From IMG/VR virus record IMGVR_UViG_3300038829_000106, positions 1 to 33,690 of that record: a stretch of 33,690 bases of DNA. One strand, given 5' to 3'. This DNA comes from a virus (taxonomy: Duplodnaviria > Caudoviricetes). The notes beneath the pieces are model-generated. The model searched no databases, was not told the DNA's origin, and worked only from the letters and a program-made list of their open reading frames with translations. Below are positions 7,391 to 15,081 of this stretch, piece after piece (the first letter of the stretch is position 1; each line of letters begins with the position of its first letter). Both the position numbers and the translations under genes were made by a program.

Positions 7391-7834
7391 TCATTGGCGG
7401 TCGAGCGTGACGTCGTAGGTGCTCGTGCAAAGAGTCCGCCCTGCCGAATTGTGAGCAGTGAGTTGCTCGGTTGCGGTGCCGTGGGTCGCGGCAGTGTTCC
7501 ATTTGGAGTGCCCGCTGCTCACCACGTCCCCGCCTTTTACGGCGCCATCGGTGGGGCACGTGGAGTCATACGTCACCTCGCAGTTGTCGGCCGTGTACGA
7601 GATGTTGCCCTTGCATGGCGGGTCGATCGCCGTCGGTTGGCTCTGGGCGTTAGAAACCTGCTCGGGCATGGGCCCGCAGTTGCCCTGCCGCTCCACATAT
7701 CTCGCGATGTAGCTACCCCCACGCTGGGCGCACTGGCCATGCCCTGAGCCCACTGGATCGCCCGCGGGCGCAGCGCTCGCGCATGCCCAAAGCGTCGCAA
7801 TCATCGGCACAAGAACCGCCTTCAATATCGTCAT
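7391..7834 (-). CDS. Cys-rich lipoprotein co-transcribed with the repressor (superinfection exclusion candidate)
   Basis: MTILKAVLVPMIATLWAC signal with a lipobox-like LWAC; 6 further Cys; ATG overlaps the repressor stop. Confidence 0.65.
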   Translation of the reverse strand: MTILKAVLVPMIATLWACASAAPAGDPVGSGHGQCAQRGGSYIARYVERQGNCGPMPEQVSNAQSQPTAIDPPCKGNISYTADNCEVTYDSTCPTDGAVKGGDVVSSGHSKWNTAATHGTATEQLTAHNSAGRTLCTSTYDVTLDRQ

Positions 7835-8301
7835 GTTTTCCGCCCTTTCTCCATCAATCGCTCGAGTCCGTCCAGTTTCGTCGTCCACTCTGGGGCCGCG
7901 AAATCGGTGAGACCGAAATAGCCCGCCTTCGCTGCCGCAACCGTCCAGGCCGACCAGTGCTTGGACGCGGCGTGAAACTGGATGCAGATGTCGAGATTTG
8001 GAAACGCCGACGGCCCGCCATGCAGATCACGGGTTGCCTGTCGCTCTGGTGTGGAGGGGAATGACCCGATGAGCTCCTCCAGATCTTTGCCGTCCAGGGT
8101 TGCGATCTCCGTCGCGATCTTGAGTCCTGGTCGGTACGTGCCCCGAAGCAGGTTGCTTACGCTTTGTTGAGAGACCCCAAGCGCCAGCGCCATCTGGCGT
8201 TGCGTTTGGCCCTCGGCTTCGAATTTGTATTTCCAAACGCGCTTCGCTGCCGTTCGGATCTCCTCGTACTGCTCTTCGGTGAAAATCGGTTTCGCTGACA
8301 T
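7831..8301 (-). CDS. CI-like immunity repressor (XRE HTH, no recognisable S24 peptidase domain)
   Basis: TQRQMALALGVSQQSVSNLLRG..RPG HTH; divergent from the Cro-like gene. Confidence 0.8.
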   Translation of the reverse strand: MSAKPIFTEEQYEEIRTAAKRVWKYKFEAEGQTQRQMALALGVSQQSVSNLLRGTYRPGLKIATEIATLDGKDLEELIGSFPSTPERQATRDLHGGPSAFPNLDICIQFHAASKHWSAWTVAAAKAGYFGLTDFAAPEWTTKLDGLERLMEKGRKT

Positions 8302-8308
8302 TTGCCGC

Positions 8309-8376
8309 AGGATCTCACGCACCATCCGCACAATCAACCGTACGCGGTTGCGAACCACGCGCGTACGCGTTATGGT
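8309..8376. promoter_or_regulatory. Divergent PRM/PR-like switch region with operators
   Basis: Plus strand TTGCGA(8348)-17 nt-TATGGT(8371); minus strand TTGATT-17 nt-GATCCT; palindromes CGCGTACGCG (8360-8369) and CAACCG-TACG-CGGTTG (8335-8350). Confidence 0.7.
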
Positions 8377-8382
8377 GTGCGC

Positions 8383-8601
8383 ATGCGTACCAACAACGGA
8401 CGAGAACGACTGCGACGGTGGCTAACAGCCGAGGGGCATACCCAGGCGAGCTTCGCGGCACTGACGGGAACGGTGCAGACAAACGTGAGCGCGTGGCTTC
8501 GCGGTCGGCTGCCCGGCCTCGATCACGCGATCGCAATCTACGAGGCAACGGGGATCCCAATCGAGACCTGGGCAAGCCGGAGCAGAGGGGCACGTCAGTG
8601 A
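8383..8601 (+). CDS. Cro-like HTH regulator, leaderless
   Basis: LRRWL...HTQASFAALTGTVQTNVSAWLRG..PG...AIAIYEATG; ATG is 6 nt after the -10 box. Confidence 0.82.
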   Translation: MRTNNGRERLRRWLTAEGHTQASFAALTGTVQTNVSAWLRGRLPGLDHAIAIYEATGIPIETWASRSRGARQ

Positions 8602-8708
8602 TGATGATGACGGCTTCGATGAAGCGCAACCACTGCGCGCGCAGTTGTGACGCGGCGTTCAGTCGCAACACATGTATAGTACACGTAACATCACGGGGGC
8701 TTAGATGA
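8598..8708 (+). CDS. Possible 36-aa linker ORF between cro and the antirepressor
   Basis: GTGA overlap with the cro stop and ATGA overlap with the next start; contains the palindrome ACTGCGCGCGCAGT (8632-8645). Confidence 0.35.
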   Translation: MMMMTASMKRNHCARSCDAAFSRNTCIVHVTSRGLR

Positions 8709-9331
8709 GCGCATTGATTCTTTTCGAAGGCTGGGAACTGGACGCCTCGACGCCCGAGGTGCCGCGTGTGCGCGACCTCGACGTGGCTACCCGCGGTGGC
8801 ATGCGCCGACCTCGCGACATCCGGCAACTCATCGAGCGGAACCGCAAGGAGCTCGAGATGTACGGGCCTTTGGAGGTTTGCGGTGTGGCACCGCAAACCT
8901 CGGGAGGCCGACCGGGCCATGAATATTGGCTGACCGCAGATCAGACGGCCGCGATCATCGGCTTCATGCGAACGCCGTTCGCGTCGGCATTCCGCGTCAC
9001 CCTCACCAAGCTCTTTGTCGCCTACCATGCCAAGCGCATGCCCGGCGTCGAGTCGGCCCCCATCCAAGCCCGCATCGGGGACGACACGCGCGCCGCCGAC
9101 TTCCTGCGCGCCACGTGCCGCATGGCGGCGAAGCTCTCGGGTCGCAGCGTGCAGAGCATCCAAGGCGAGCTACGCAAGCCATGGGGCGTCGCGAGCGTGT
9201 ACCGCATCGCGCTGTCGTCGCTGTCGCACACGATGGCGCGGGCGCAGGAGATCGCAGACGACGCGCTTCGTCACCGTCGCCTGCCCGCGTACAAGCGCCA
9301 GGGCGAACTTCCTTTCAGCAAGCCGAATTGA
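8705..9331 (+). CDS. Antirepressor-like / Rha-like regulatory protein
   Basis: PRVRDLDVA...RDIRQLIERN..EL, GGRP..EYWL..DQ.....MRT..A..FR..L...F pattern; position after cro. Confidence 0.7.
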   Translation: MSALILFEGWELDASTPEVPRVRDLDVATRGGMRRPRDIRQLIERNRKELEMYGPLEVCGVAPQTSGGRPGHEYWLTADQTAAIIGFMRTPFASAFRVTLTKLFVAYHAKRMPGVESAPIQARIGDDTRAADFLRATCRMAAKLSGRSVQSIQGELRKPWGVASVYRIALSSLSHTMARAQEIADDALRHRRLPAYKRQGELPFSKPN

Positions 9332-9336
9332 CGACC

Positions 9337-9729
9337 ATGAGCGCATCACCCTCGCCTTGCCGTTTGCTCTCTCGTGATGAGGCCGCCGAGTATCTCGGCG
9401 TCGGCCTGTCGACGTTCAAGACCCACGTGATGCGGGTGGGCGACCACCGTGCTGACCCTTCCCGTGTTCCGGCCGTTCGCATCGGTGCCCGCGTGATGTT
9501 CGCAAGAGAGGATCTCGACGCATGGGTCGACCGGCAGAGGGGTGGGGCGTCCGCTGGAAACGCGGTTGGGCCTACGCCCGATTCACGTGGCAAGGCACCA
9601 ATTTCTGTATTGCTCTCCGGACGCGGGACCGCCGAGAGGCTCAGGAAGCCGCCGCGCGTACCTACGCCGATGTCATCTCCGGTCGGCTCCGCCCAGCCGA
9701 GCGCCACGACGGGAAGCTCTACGACCTAG
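9337..9729 (+). CDS. xis: Excisionase (HTH_17/MerR-like)
   Basis: LLSRDEAAEYLGVG.ST...PAVRIGARVMFAREDLDAWV; immediately before and overlapping int. Confidence 0.8.
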   Translation: MSASPSPCRLLSRDEAAEYLGVGLSTFKTHVMRVGDHRADPSRVPAVRIGARVMFAREDLDAWVDRQRGGASAGNAVGPTPDSRGKAPISVLLSGRGTAERLRKPPRVPTPMSSPVGSAQPSATTGSSTT

Positions 9730-10640
9730 CCGAGCTGCTCGACGCTTGGCTCGAGTCGAAACGCACGAGCATCGACGTGGCGTTCTTCCCAACCCTTGAA
9801 GGATACGCGCGGCGCTACGTCGCCACGTTCAAGTCGCTCGACCGGATCACCGAGGCGAACGCATCAACCTTCGGCCTCGCACGGCTCGGCCAAGGCGTGC
9901 GCTCAACCGTCCTTCGCGAACTGTCCTACCTGCGCCAGTTCCTGGCGTGGTGCACACTTCACGGTGCGCTCACGAGGACGCCGGTCGTCCCTCGCCTGCC
10001 CCCCAAGGCGAAGGGCACGCGAACCGGCACACAGCGAAAGAAAGCCGTCCACATCACGCCAGCGGAAGCGGCGGCGATCATCGCCCTCCTTCCGGAGGAG
10101 TCCAAGACCATCGATGGGCGCACGTGGCCCATCCGAGCGCGCTTCGCGTTCATGTGGGAGACGGGGCTTCGCCCCGCAACCTTGTCAGCCCTCAGCGTGC
10201 CGGGTCATTGGCGCCCCGGGGCAAAGCACCTCGACATTCCCGACGAGGACGACAAGGCCCGCTTCGGTAGGGAGGTCGACCTGACACCGGAGGCCATCGC
10301 CATTCTTCGCGCTGTCGCCCCAGGTGCCGGGTTGATCTTCGGCGGGCACGTCTTCTCGAAGGCTCTCAAGGCGGCCGCCACGGCCGTCCTAGGTCCCCTC
10401 CGAGGCAAGAGTTTCGCCCCCTACGACTTCCGGCACGGACGGGCGAAAGACCTTCTTGACCACGGCGCCCCCATCCGAGGCGTGTCCTTCGTCCTCGGCC
10501 ACAAGCGCGTCAGCACGACGGACAAATACCTAGCTCCCGATCGAGCGGCGGGAAGGGAGGCCCTGGCCGCTCTTGAGAACGATCCGCGGACCATTCACGG
10601 ACCCGAGACAATTCTTTCTTCCGAGGGAGAGACAAAGTGA
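9522..10640 (+). CDS. int: Tyrosine integrase
   Basis: TGLRP (R), DK (K), YDFRH, LGH, TDKY (Y); N-terminal arm-binding-like beta region; att core immediately downstream. Confidence 0.92.
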   Translation: MGRPAEGWGVRWKRGWAYARFTWQGTNFCIALRTRDRREAQEAAARTYADVISGRLRPAERHDGKLYDLAELLDAWLESKRTSIDVAFFPTLEGYARRYVATFKSLDRITEANASTFGLARLGQGVRSTVLRELSYLRQFLAWCTLHGALTRTPVVPRLPPKAKGTRTGTQRKKAVHITPAEAAAIIALLPEESKTIDGRTWPIRARFAFMWETGLRPATLSALSVPGHWRPGAKHLDIPDEDDKARFGREVDLTPEAIAILRAVAPGAGLIFGGHVFSKALKAAATAVLGPLRGKSFAPYDFRHGRAKDLLDHGAPIRGVSFVLGHKRVSTTDKYLAPDRAAGREALAALENDPRTIHGPETILSSEGETK

Positions 10641-10648
10641 CTAAAAAC

Positions 10649-10696
10649 TGGGGTGACCGACGGGGCTTGAACCCGCGACAGCTGGATCCACAATCC
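10649..10696 (-). mobile_element. attP core: 3' half of tRNA-His(GTG)
   Basis: Minus strand GGA-TTGTGGA-TCCAG-CTGTC-GCGGG-TTCAAGC-CCCGT-CGGTCACC-CCA gives the anticodon loop, T-arm, 3' acceptor strand and CCA; no D-arm or 5' acceptor strand upstream. Confidence 0.88.
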
Positions 10697-10712
10697 CACG
10701 ATACGCCTAAAG

Positions 10713-10725
10713 TATCAAGCACTTA
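10713..10725 (+). promoter_or_regulatory. IHF-type binding site in attP
   Basis: TATCAAGCACTTA matches WATCAANNNNTTR exactly; paired CGGACC direct repeats at 10587 and 10598 may be arm sites. Confidence 0.6.
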
Positions 10726-10809
10726 CGAAATCCACTGGCCGTTTCCGGCCGAGCAAAGTCGCGTAGTTACGAGAGTGCTTGGACCGGGTCCAGGAATCGA
10801 GGGCCGGCC

Positions 10810-11001
10810 ATGAACCCGCTTCCCTCGCACCTGGCCCTTCTGGCCCGCCTTGGAGACGAGGCCCGCTACCGCGTCGCTGAGCGGGCGGCGTTGATCTTCT
10901 ACGGCTCGCCGCCAGACCGGGGCATGACCTGGCCGAAGGCCGACGAGCTGGCCTACCTGCAAGAGGCTCATGCCCAGCGCTCGCTGACGGGGGTGACGTG
11001 A
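10810..11001 (+). CDS. Small hypothetical phage protein (ERAAL motif)
   Basis: GAGGG RBS; ERAALI.YG...A..LA motif; coupled to the next gene. Confidence 0.6.
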   Translation: MNPLPSHLALLARLGDEARYRVAERAALIFYGSPPDRGMTWPKADELAYLQEAHAQRSLTGVT

Positions 11002-11396
11002 TGGTCCCCCAGCGTTGCTCGAGGTGCCTCGCCGTGGGGCACAAGGCGCCGACGTGTGGCGGCAACCTGGCCCCGCCTGACAGCGGGCTGACGTGCACGT
11101 GTCGCACGCGGAGGGCGGGCACGCCAGAGGCCCGGCCGTGCGTCTGGCACCGGCAGTACCGGCGCGCCAAGCGTGACAAAACAGGGGGGCTCGCCCTGAC
11201 AAACAGGGGGGTTCCGGTGCCGCAGCTTGGCACCCCTCAGGGGTACGCCCGCGAGGGACAATGCGGGGCCGACCTAGGCACCGGCATGCAGTGCACGTGC
11301 TCGCCGGGGCATGCCGGCGTCCACCAGGGCAGGTACCCGCTCGACGTCGAGGCCAGCGAGGCCATCGCGGCGCGTCACCGGAAAGGGGCGCGCTGA
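10998..11396 (+). CDS. Cys/His-rich protein with a CCHC zinc knuckle
   Basis: CSRCLAVGHKAPTC fits Cx2Cx4Hx4C; further CxC...CxxH and C...CxC..GHxGxH clusters. Confidence 0.6.
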   Translation: MMVPQRCSRCLAVGHKAPTCGGNLAPPDSGLTCTCRTRRAGTPEARPCVWHRQYRRAKRDKTGGLALTNRGVPVPQLGTPQGYAREGQCGADLGTGMQCTCSPGHAGVHQGRYPLDVEASEAIAARHRKGAR

Positions 11397-12322
11397 TGGA
11401 CTGGGAGAACGAGCGGTGGATCAAGATCTACACGCGCGACACCGGCGGTTGGTTGAACCTCTCGTGGCAAGCTCGTGGCCTCGCACTCGAGATCAGCCGC
11501 AAGGTCGACGCGGCCGGCCGCCTGCCCCTTGGGAAGCGTGGCCTTCAGTCGCTCGCCGGTGTCCTCCGAGGCCGATGGGACGACATGGAACCGTTCATCG
11601 CCGAGCTCATGGCGGACGATCGATTCGTCCTCCTGAGCGACAACGTGTTGCTCGACCCTGAGCACGAAGGCCGACAGGCGGCGCGAGCGTCGTCGGCCGT
11701 GCGGAAGAAGGTCCAGCGCGAGCGCGCAGCGACGTCACGCGATGTCACGCGGAGTCACGCGACGTCACGCGCGACCACATTGCCCGACACTGAACGCGAC
11801 AACAGTGCAAAGGGGAAACCTGAACAAAATCGCGAGGCCGTGTCACGCGATGTCACGCGGAGTCACGCGACGTCACGCGACGTCACGATCAGAGTAGAAG
11901 AGATCAGAAGAGAAGAGACAAGAGAAGACCCCCCTATACCCCCCGAGGGGGTGACACCCACGCCGGTCCTCCGGGTGGTCGGTCCCGACGGCGACTGCGG
12001 CATGCTGTTCTCGAGTTGGACCGACGGCATCCGGGAGGCGACCGGTATCCCGCAGTCGGGCCTGTCGCCGTCCGACCGCCGCGAGCTGGTCAACATCGCG
12101 AACACCCACGCCGGTGGCGTGACCGGTCAGGCGTTGCTGGACTGGGTTCGCTCGACGGCCATCGCGTTCGCCAAGGTTCACGACCCGACGTTCGGCGGCT
12201 TCGTGCCGCTCCAGGCTCGCAAGTGGCTCGACGGCGGCAAGCGCTCGGCGACGCGAATCAAGGCCAGCCAAATCGTCCAGTCCGCCGAGGGGCGTTGCTG
12301 GGATGATCAGGGGGGCTTCTGA
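11396..12322 (+). CDS. Replication initiator (lambda O-like organisation)
   Basis: ATG 11396 (TGATG overlap); WIKIY...W..LS..ARGL N-terminus; internal iterons; followed by a DnaC-like loader. Confidence 0.78.
   Translation: MDWENERWIKIYTRDTGGWLNLSWQARGLALEISRKVDAAGRLPLGKRGLQSLAGVLRGRWDDMEPFIAELMADDRFVLLSDNVLLDPEHEGRQAARASSAVRKKVQRERAATSRDVTRSHATSRATTLPDTERDNSAKGKPEQNREAVSRDVTRSHATSRDVTIRVEEIRREETREDPPIPPEGVTPTPVLRVVGPDGDCGMLFSSWTDGIREATGIPQSGLSPSDRRELVNIANTHAGGVTGQALLDWVRSTAIAFAKVHDPTFGGFVPLQARKWLDGGKRSATRIKASQIVQSAEGRCWDDQGGF
11734..11929 (+). repeat. Probable replication origin: iterons plus a purine tract
   Basis: GTCACG(C) at exact 10-bp period, 4 copies (11734-11770) and 5 copies (11842-11887), then an A/G-rich tract at 11891-11929. 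Confidence 0.75.
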
Positions 12323-12975
12323 TGTCACTCGACGTTTTCAGCATCGGCCCCGAGCCCACGTGGCTCTCGTGCTCGGGTTGCGGCATCCAGACATCGCGGT
12401 CGCCGTGCTGGGACTGCACACAAGCCTCGGAGGCCAGACACGACGCGGCACGTGAGCGAACGCGGTCCCTCGGGACCATCCCGGCTCGCTTCGCCTGGGC
12501 GTCGCTCAAAGCTCCCGAGCTCGCCGAGCGCTGCGACGCCCGGAACTACCTCGCGCTTGCCAAGCGGGTGCTCGCGGGACACGGCGCCGTGTTCGCTGGC
12601 AAGTCCGGCTCGGGCAAGACTTCGTTGGCCGTGGCGTGCCTCCGGGAACGCATGCCGCGAGCGATGTACGTCTCGGCGTTGCGGCTCTCGACGGCTCGCA
12701 TCCAGAGCAAGGCGGGCGACGGCGAAGCGGGACTCGTCGCGGAAGCCATCGCGGCGCCGCTCCTGCTCGTCGACGAGGTTGGCGGCGAAAGCAAGACGTC
12801 GACGTCGGCGGTCCGTGACGTCGTGTTCGAGCGGCACGATGCGGGCAAGCCGACATGGATCACGACGGGCTTCACGTCGGCGGAGCTCGCGGCGATGTAC
12901 GGCGATGGATTTCTCCGCCGCGTGGTCGACGGCGCGACGCTGATTCGACTCGGGCCGGCGGAGGTGAAGTCGTGA
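12322..12975 (+). CDS. DnaC/IstB-like AAA+ ATPase (helicase loader)
   Basis: CxxC...CxxC, IPARFA.A, Walker A GKSGSGKT, Walker B LLLVDEVG, R....PTWITT. Confidence 0.88.
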   Translation: MSLDVFSIGPEPTWLSCSGCGIQTSRSPCWDCTQASEARHDAARERTRSLGTIPARFAWASLKAPELAERCDARNYLALAKRVLAGHGAVFAGKSGSGKTSLAVACLRERMPRAMYVSALRLSTARIQSKAGDGEAGLVAEAIAAPLLLVDEVGGESKTSTSAVRDVVFERHDAGKPTWITTGFTSAELAAMYGDGFLRRVVDGATLIRLGPAEVKS

Positions 12976-13421
12976 TCATCCGCCGCCACCGAGGCACGGT
13001 GACCATCGAGTTGCCAATCAAGACCGTGAATCCAAACAACGGCCAGCTTGGGTTCAGCAAGGGCGCCGCGATGGGCCGTGCTCGCAAGCGGGCGCAGAAC
13101 CGCGCCACGGTCTGCCTCGCCGTGAGGTCCGCCCTTGGCCTGACCATGTCGCTGCCGGTGGTCGTCACGCTCACGCGTATCGCCCCGTCGAGCGGCCTCG
13201 ACGAACACGACGGCCTCCGCGCCGCGCTGAAAAGCATCGCCGACGGAGTGACCGACGCGCTTGTGCTGAAAAGCGACCGTGACCCGCTCGTGACCTGGCG
13301 CTACGACCAACGACGGGGGCCTGCCGGGCACTACGCCGTCGAGATTGCGGTGTGCCCGCGCCAGGATGACCGCAGAGCGCCTCCCGCGCCTCCGAGCGGT
13401 CCGATGGTAGCCGGGGAGTGA
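12972..13421 (+). CDS. RusA-like Holliday junction resolvase
   Basis: GTG 12972 after GGAGG; P....NPN, LDEHDGL..ALK.IADG..DAL....D; position after the replication genes. Confidence 0.7.
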   Translation: MIIRRHRGTVTIELPIKTVNPNNGQLGFSKGAAMGRARKRAQNRATVCLAVRSALGLTMSLPVVVTLTRIAPSSGLDEHDGLRAALKSIADGVTDALVLKSDRDPLVTWRYDQRRGPAGHYAVEIAVCPRQDDRRAPPAPPSGPMVAGE

Positions 13422-13511
13422 AACGCGTTCCTGGGGCAACCTGGGGGCATTGGGTTGGATAGGTGGGATGATGTGATACAGGCCGGAACGACGGAGTAAG
13501 CGGAGCGAATC

Positions 13512-13560
13512 GGCGGACGTCCACGCCTCGCCTGGCAGCAGTGCGGGGCGTTCGCCTTTT
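13512..13560 (+). terminator. Probable intrinsic terminator between convergent operons
   Basis: Stem ACGCCTCGC/GCGGGGCGT with outer GGCGGACG/CGTTCGCC, followed by TTTT. Confidence 0.55.
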
Positions 13561-13566
13561 GTGAAC

Positions 13567-14937
13567 CTACCGTGCCCACCACTCGCCACCGGCGTTCGTC
13601 ACGGCGCCCTCGCGCTGCTCGATGAGTCGAGCCTCCATCTCACGCATGGCGACGTCGAGCGTGGGCGGCGCGGGCTCGGGCTGCTCGTGGTAGGCCGATG
13701 CGGCTCTCCAGGCGTAGAGGGTGGCGTCGCTGCTGTGGTCTGCGAAGCCCTCGCTCGGCTTGGTGCGGTCCTCCGACCAGGGCAGCTCGAGCCATTCAGC
13801 CTTCAAGTCGGCGCACGCCGGTAGCAGCCTGACGCGGCCCCTCTCGAGGTCGCCGTTCAGGAGCGAGATGTAGCCTCGCTTGTTTTGCTTCTCGGCAGGC
13901 TCCACGGGGATGCCGAACCGTCGGCGCATCTCTTCGGCGTAGGCCTTCCCGAGGCCCCCCACGTCGCCCACGATGCGCACGAACTTGTAGCGAGCCTCGA
14001 GACGCTTAGCCTCCTCGGCCATCTCGCTGGGGCCGCCCTTGAATCGGTACGCCTCGACCACGTAGACGCATGGATCGTTGTCTCGCCAGCCGAGGACGCA
14101 CACGCCATTCTCGTCGACCACGCCGAAGTCAAGCCCGAGCAGGTAGGTGTTTAGCGCTGGCGCTTCGTTCGTGTCGTTGCGCTGCGGGTCGTAGCTGTAG
14201 ACGAGGCCGCCGGAGTCGCGGATCCATACGCCGTCCTCGAGCTGTCGCCGCGTCGTCGCATCGAGCTGCGCGAGGCTGCGGCGGTACTCATCTCCGTCAA
14301 CGTGCGGATTGTCGCGAAGATTCGCAGCCACGAATCGACGGTCAGGGTCGTTCGCTTCGACGAACCTTCGGCGTACCCAATCGTGTCCAATCCCTCCAGG
14401 GTTGCTAGCCGCCCGTGCTCGCACGGGAACGGTAATCCCGACAGGGCGCCGCAGGCGGGACAGTAGGAAACGATACCAGTTCTCCGGGAACTGCGTGAGC
14501 TCATCAAACCCTATGTATTGGAACTCGGCGCTTGCGTAGCGAAACTTGTCTTTCTCCGTGTCGAGGTATCCGAACGTAAGCACCGCGCCGCTCGGGAACG
14601 TCCATCGCTTGTCCGTGCCGTTCCACGTCGCGCCGCTGCCTTGCAGCCACGTGTGCGACCTGTCCATAATGGCGCCGGGTAGCGCGAGGTCAGCGTACGT
14701 CCGTCGCAGCAAAAGCGCTGAGTAGCCCGGCACGTGCACGTGCTGCAGTGCCGCCATGAGTAGGGCGCTCGACTTGCCGCCTCCCGCTGCGCCGCCATAG
14801 AGCGCCTCGAGGCACGCGAGGTCGAGAAACTCCTGCTGCCTTGGCGTCGCTTGCTGAGCCAGGTAGGGCGCCACGGTCGTGCGCGCCGTGTGAGCTCGCA
14901 CGACCGCCATGGCCTCAAGTTGGCGCCTGATGGACAT
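13567..14937 (-). CDS. terL: Terminase large subunit
   Basis: TPRQQEF, LYGGAAGGGKS (Walker A), IGFDELTQF (Walker B), ASNPGG.GH.WV, DNPH, GLDFG nuclease motif, DHSSDA. Confidence 0.95.
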   Translation of the reverse strand: MSIRRQLEAMAVVRAHTARTTVAPYLAQQATPRQQEFLDLACLEALYGGAAGGGKSSALLMAALQHVHVPGYSALLLRRTYADLALPGAIMDRSHTWLQGSGATWNGTDKRWTFPSGAVLTFGYLDTEKDKFRYASAEFQYIGFDELTQFPENWYRFLLSRLRRPVGITVPVRARAASNPGGIGHDWVRRRFVEANDPDRRFVAANLRDNPHVDGDEYRRSLAQLDATTRRQLEDGVWIRDSGGLVYSYDPQRNDTNEAPALNTYLLGLDFGVVDENGVCVLGWRDNDPCVYVVEAYRFKGGPSEMAEEAKRLEARYKFVRIVGDVGGLGKAYAEEMRRRFGIPVEPAEKQNKRGYISLLNGDLERGRVRLLPACADLKAEWLELPWSEDRTKPSEGFADHSSDATLYAWRAASAYHEQPEPAPPTLDVAMREMEARLIEQREGAVTNAGGEWWAR

Positions 14938-15044
14938 GCCCTAGGTAGACTCGAGCCTCTCTTCAATCTCGGTCATCAGGTCGTCAAGTGTCCAGAGCTC
15001 CCGCTTTACTAGTTGGATCCTGACGCCAGTACCTGAGCAAAAAA

Positions 15045-15073
15045 CACCCCATCGAATCGGCGCATGGGCCGGT
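15045..15073. repeat. 29-bp direct repeat, copy 1
   Basis: CACCCCATCGAATCGGCGCATGGGCCGGT, identical to 15404-15432; followed by a T run on the minus strand. Confidence 0.92.
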
Positions 15074-15081
15074 CGTCGTCG

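Noticed and set aside
8647-8662. Possible myxobacterial LexA box (GTTCAG) upstream of the antirepressor
   Set aside because: Only one half-site matches; the other half fits poorly and the host is unknown.
10649-10722. Complete tRNA-His gene
   Set aside because: There is no 5' acceptor strand or D-arm and the outer anticodon stem is mispaired, so it is an att core rather than a gene.
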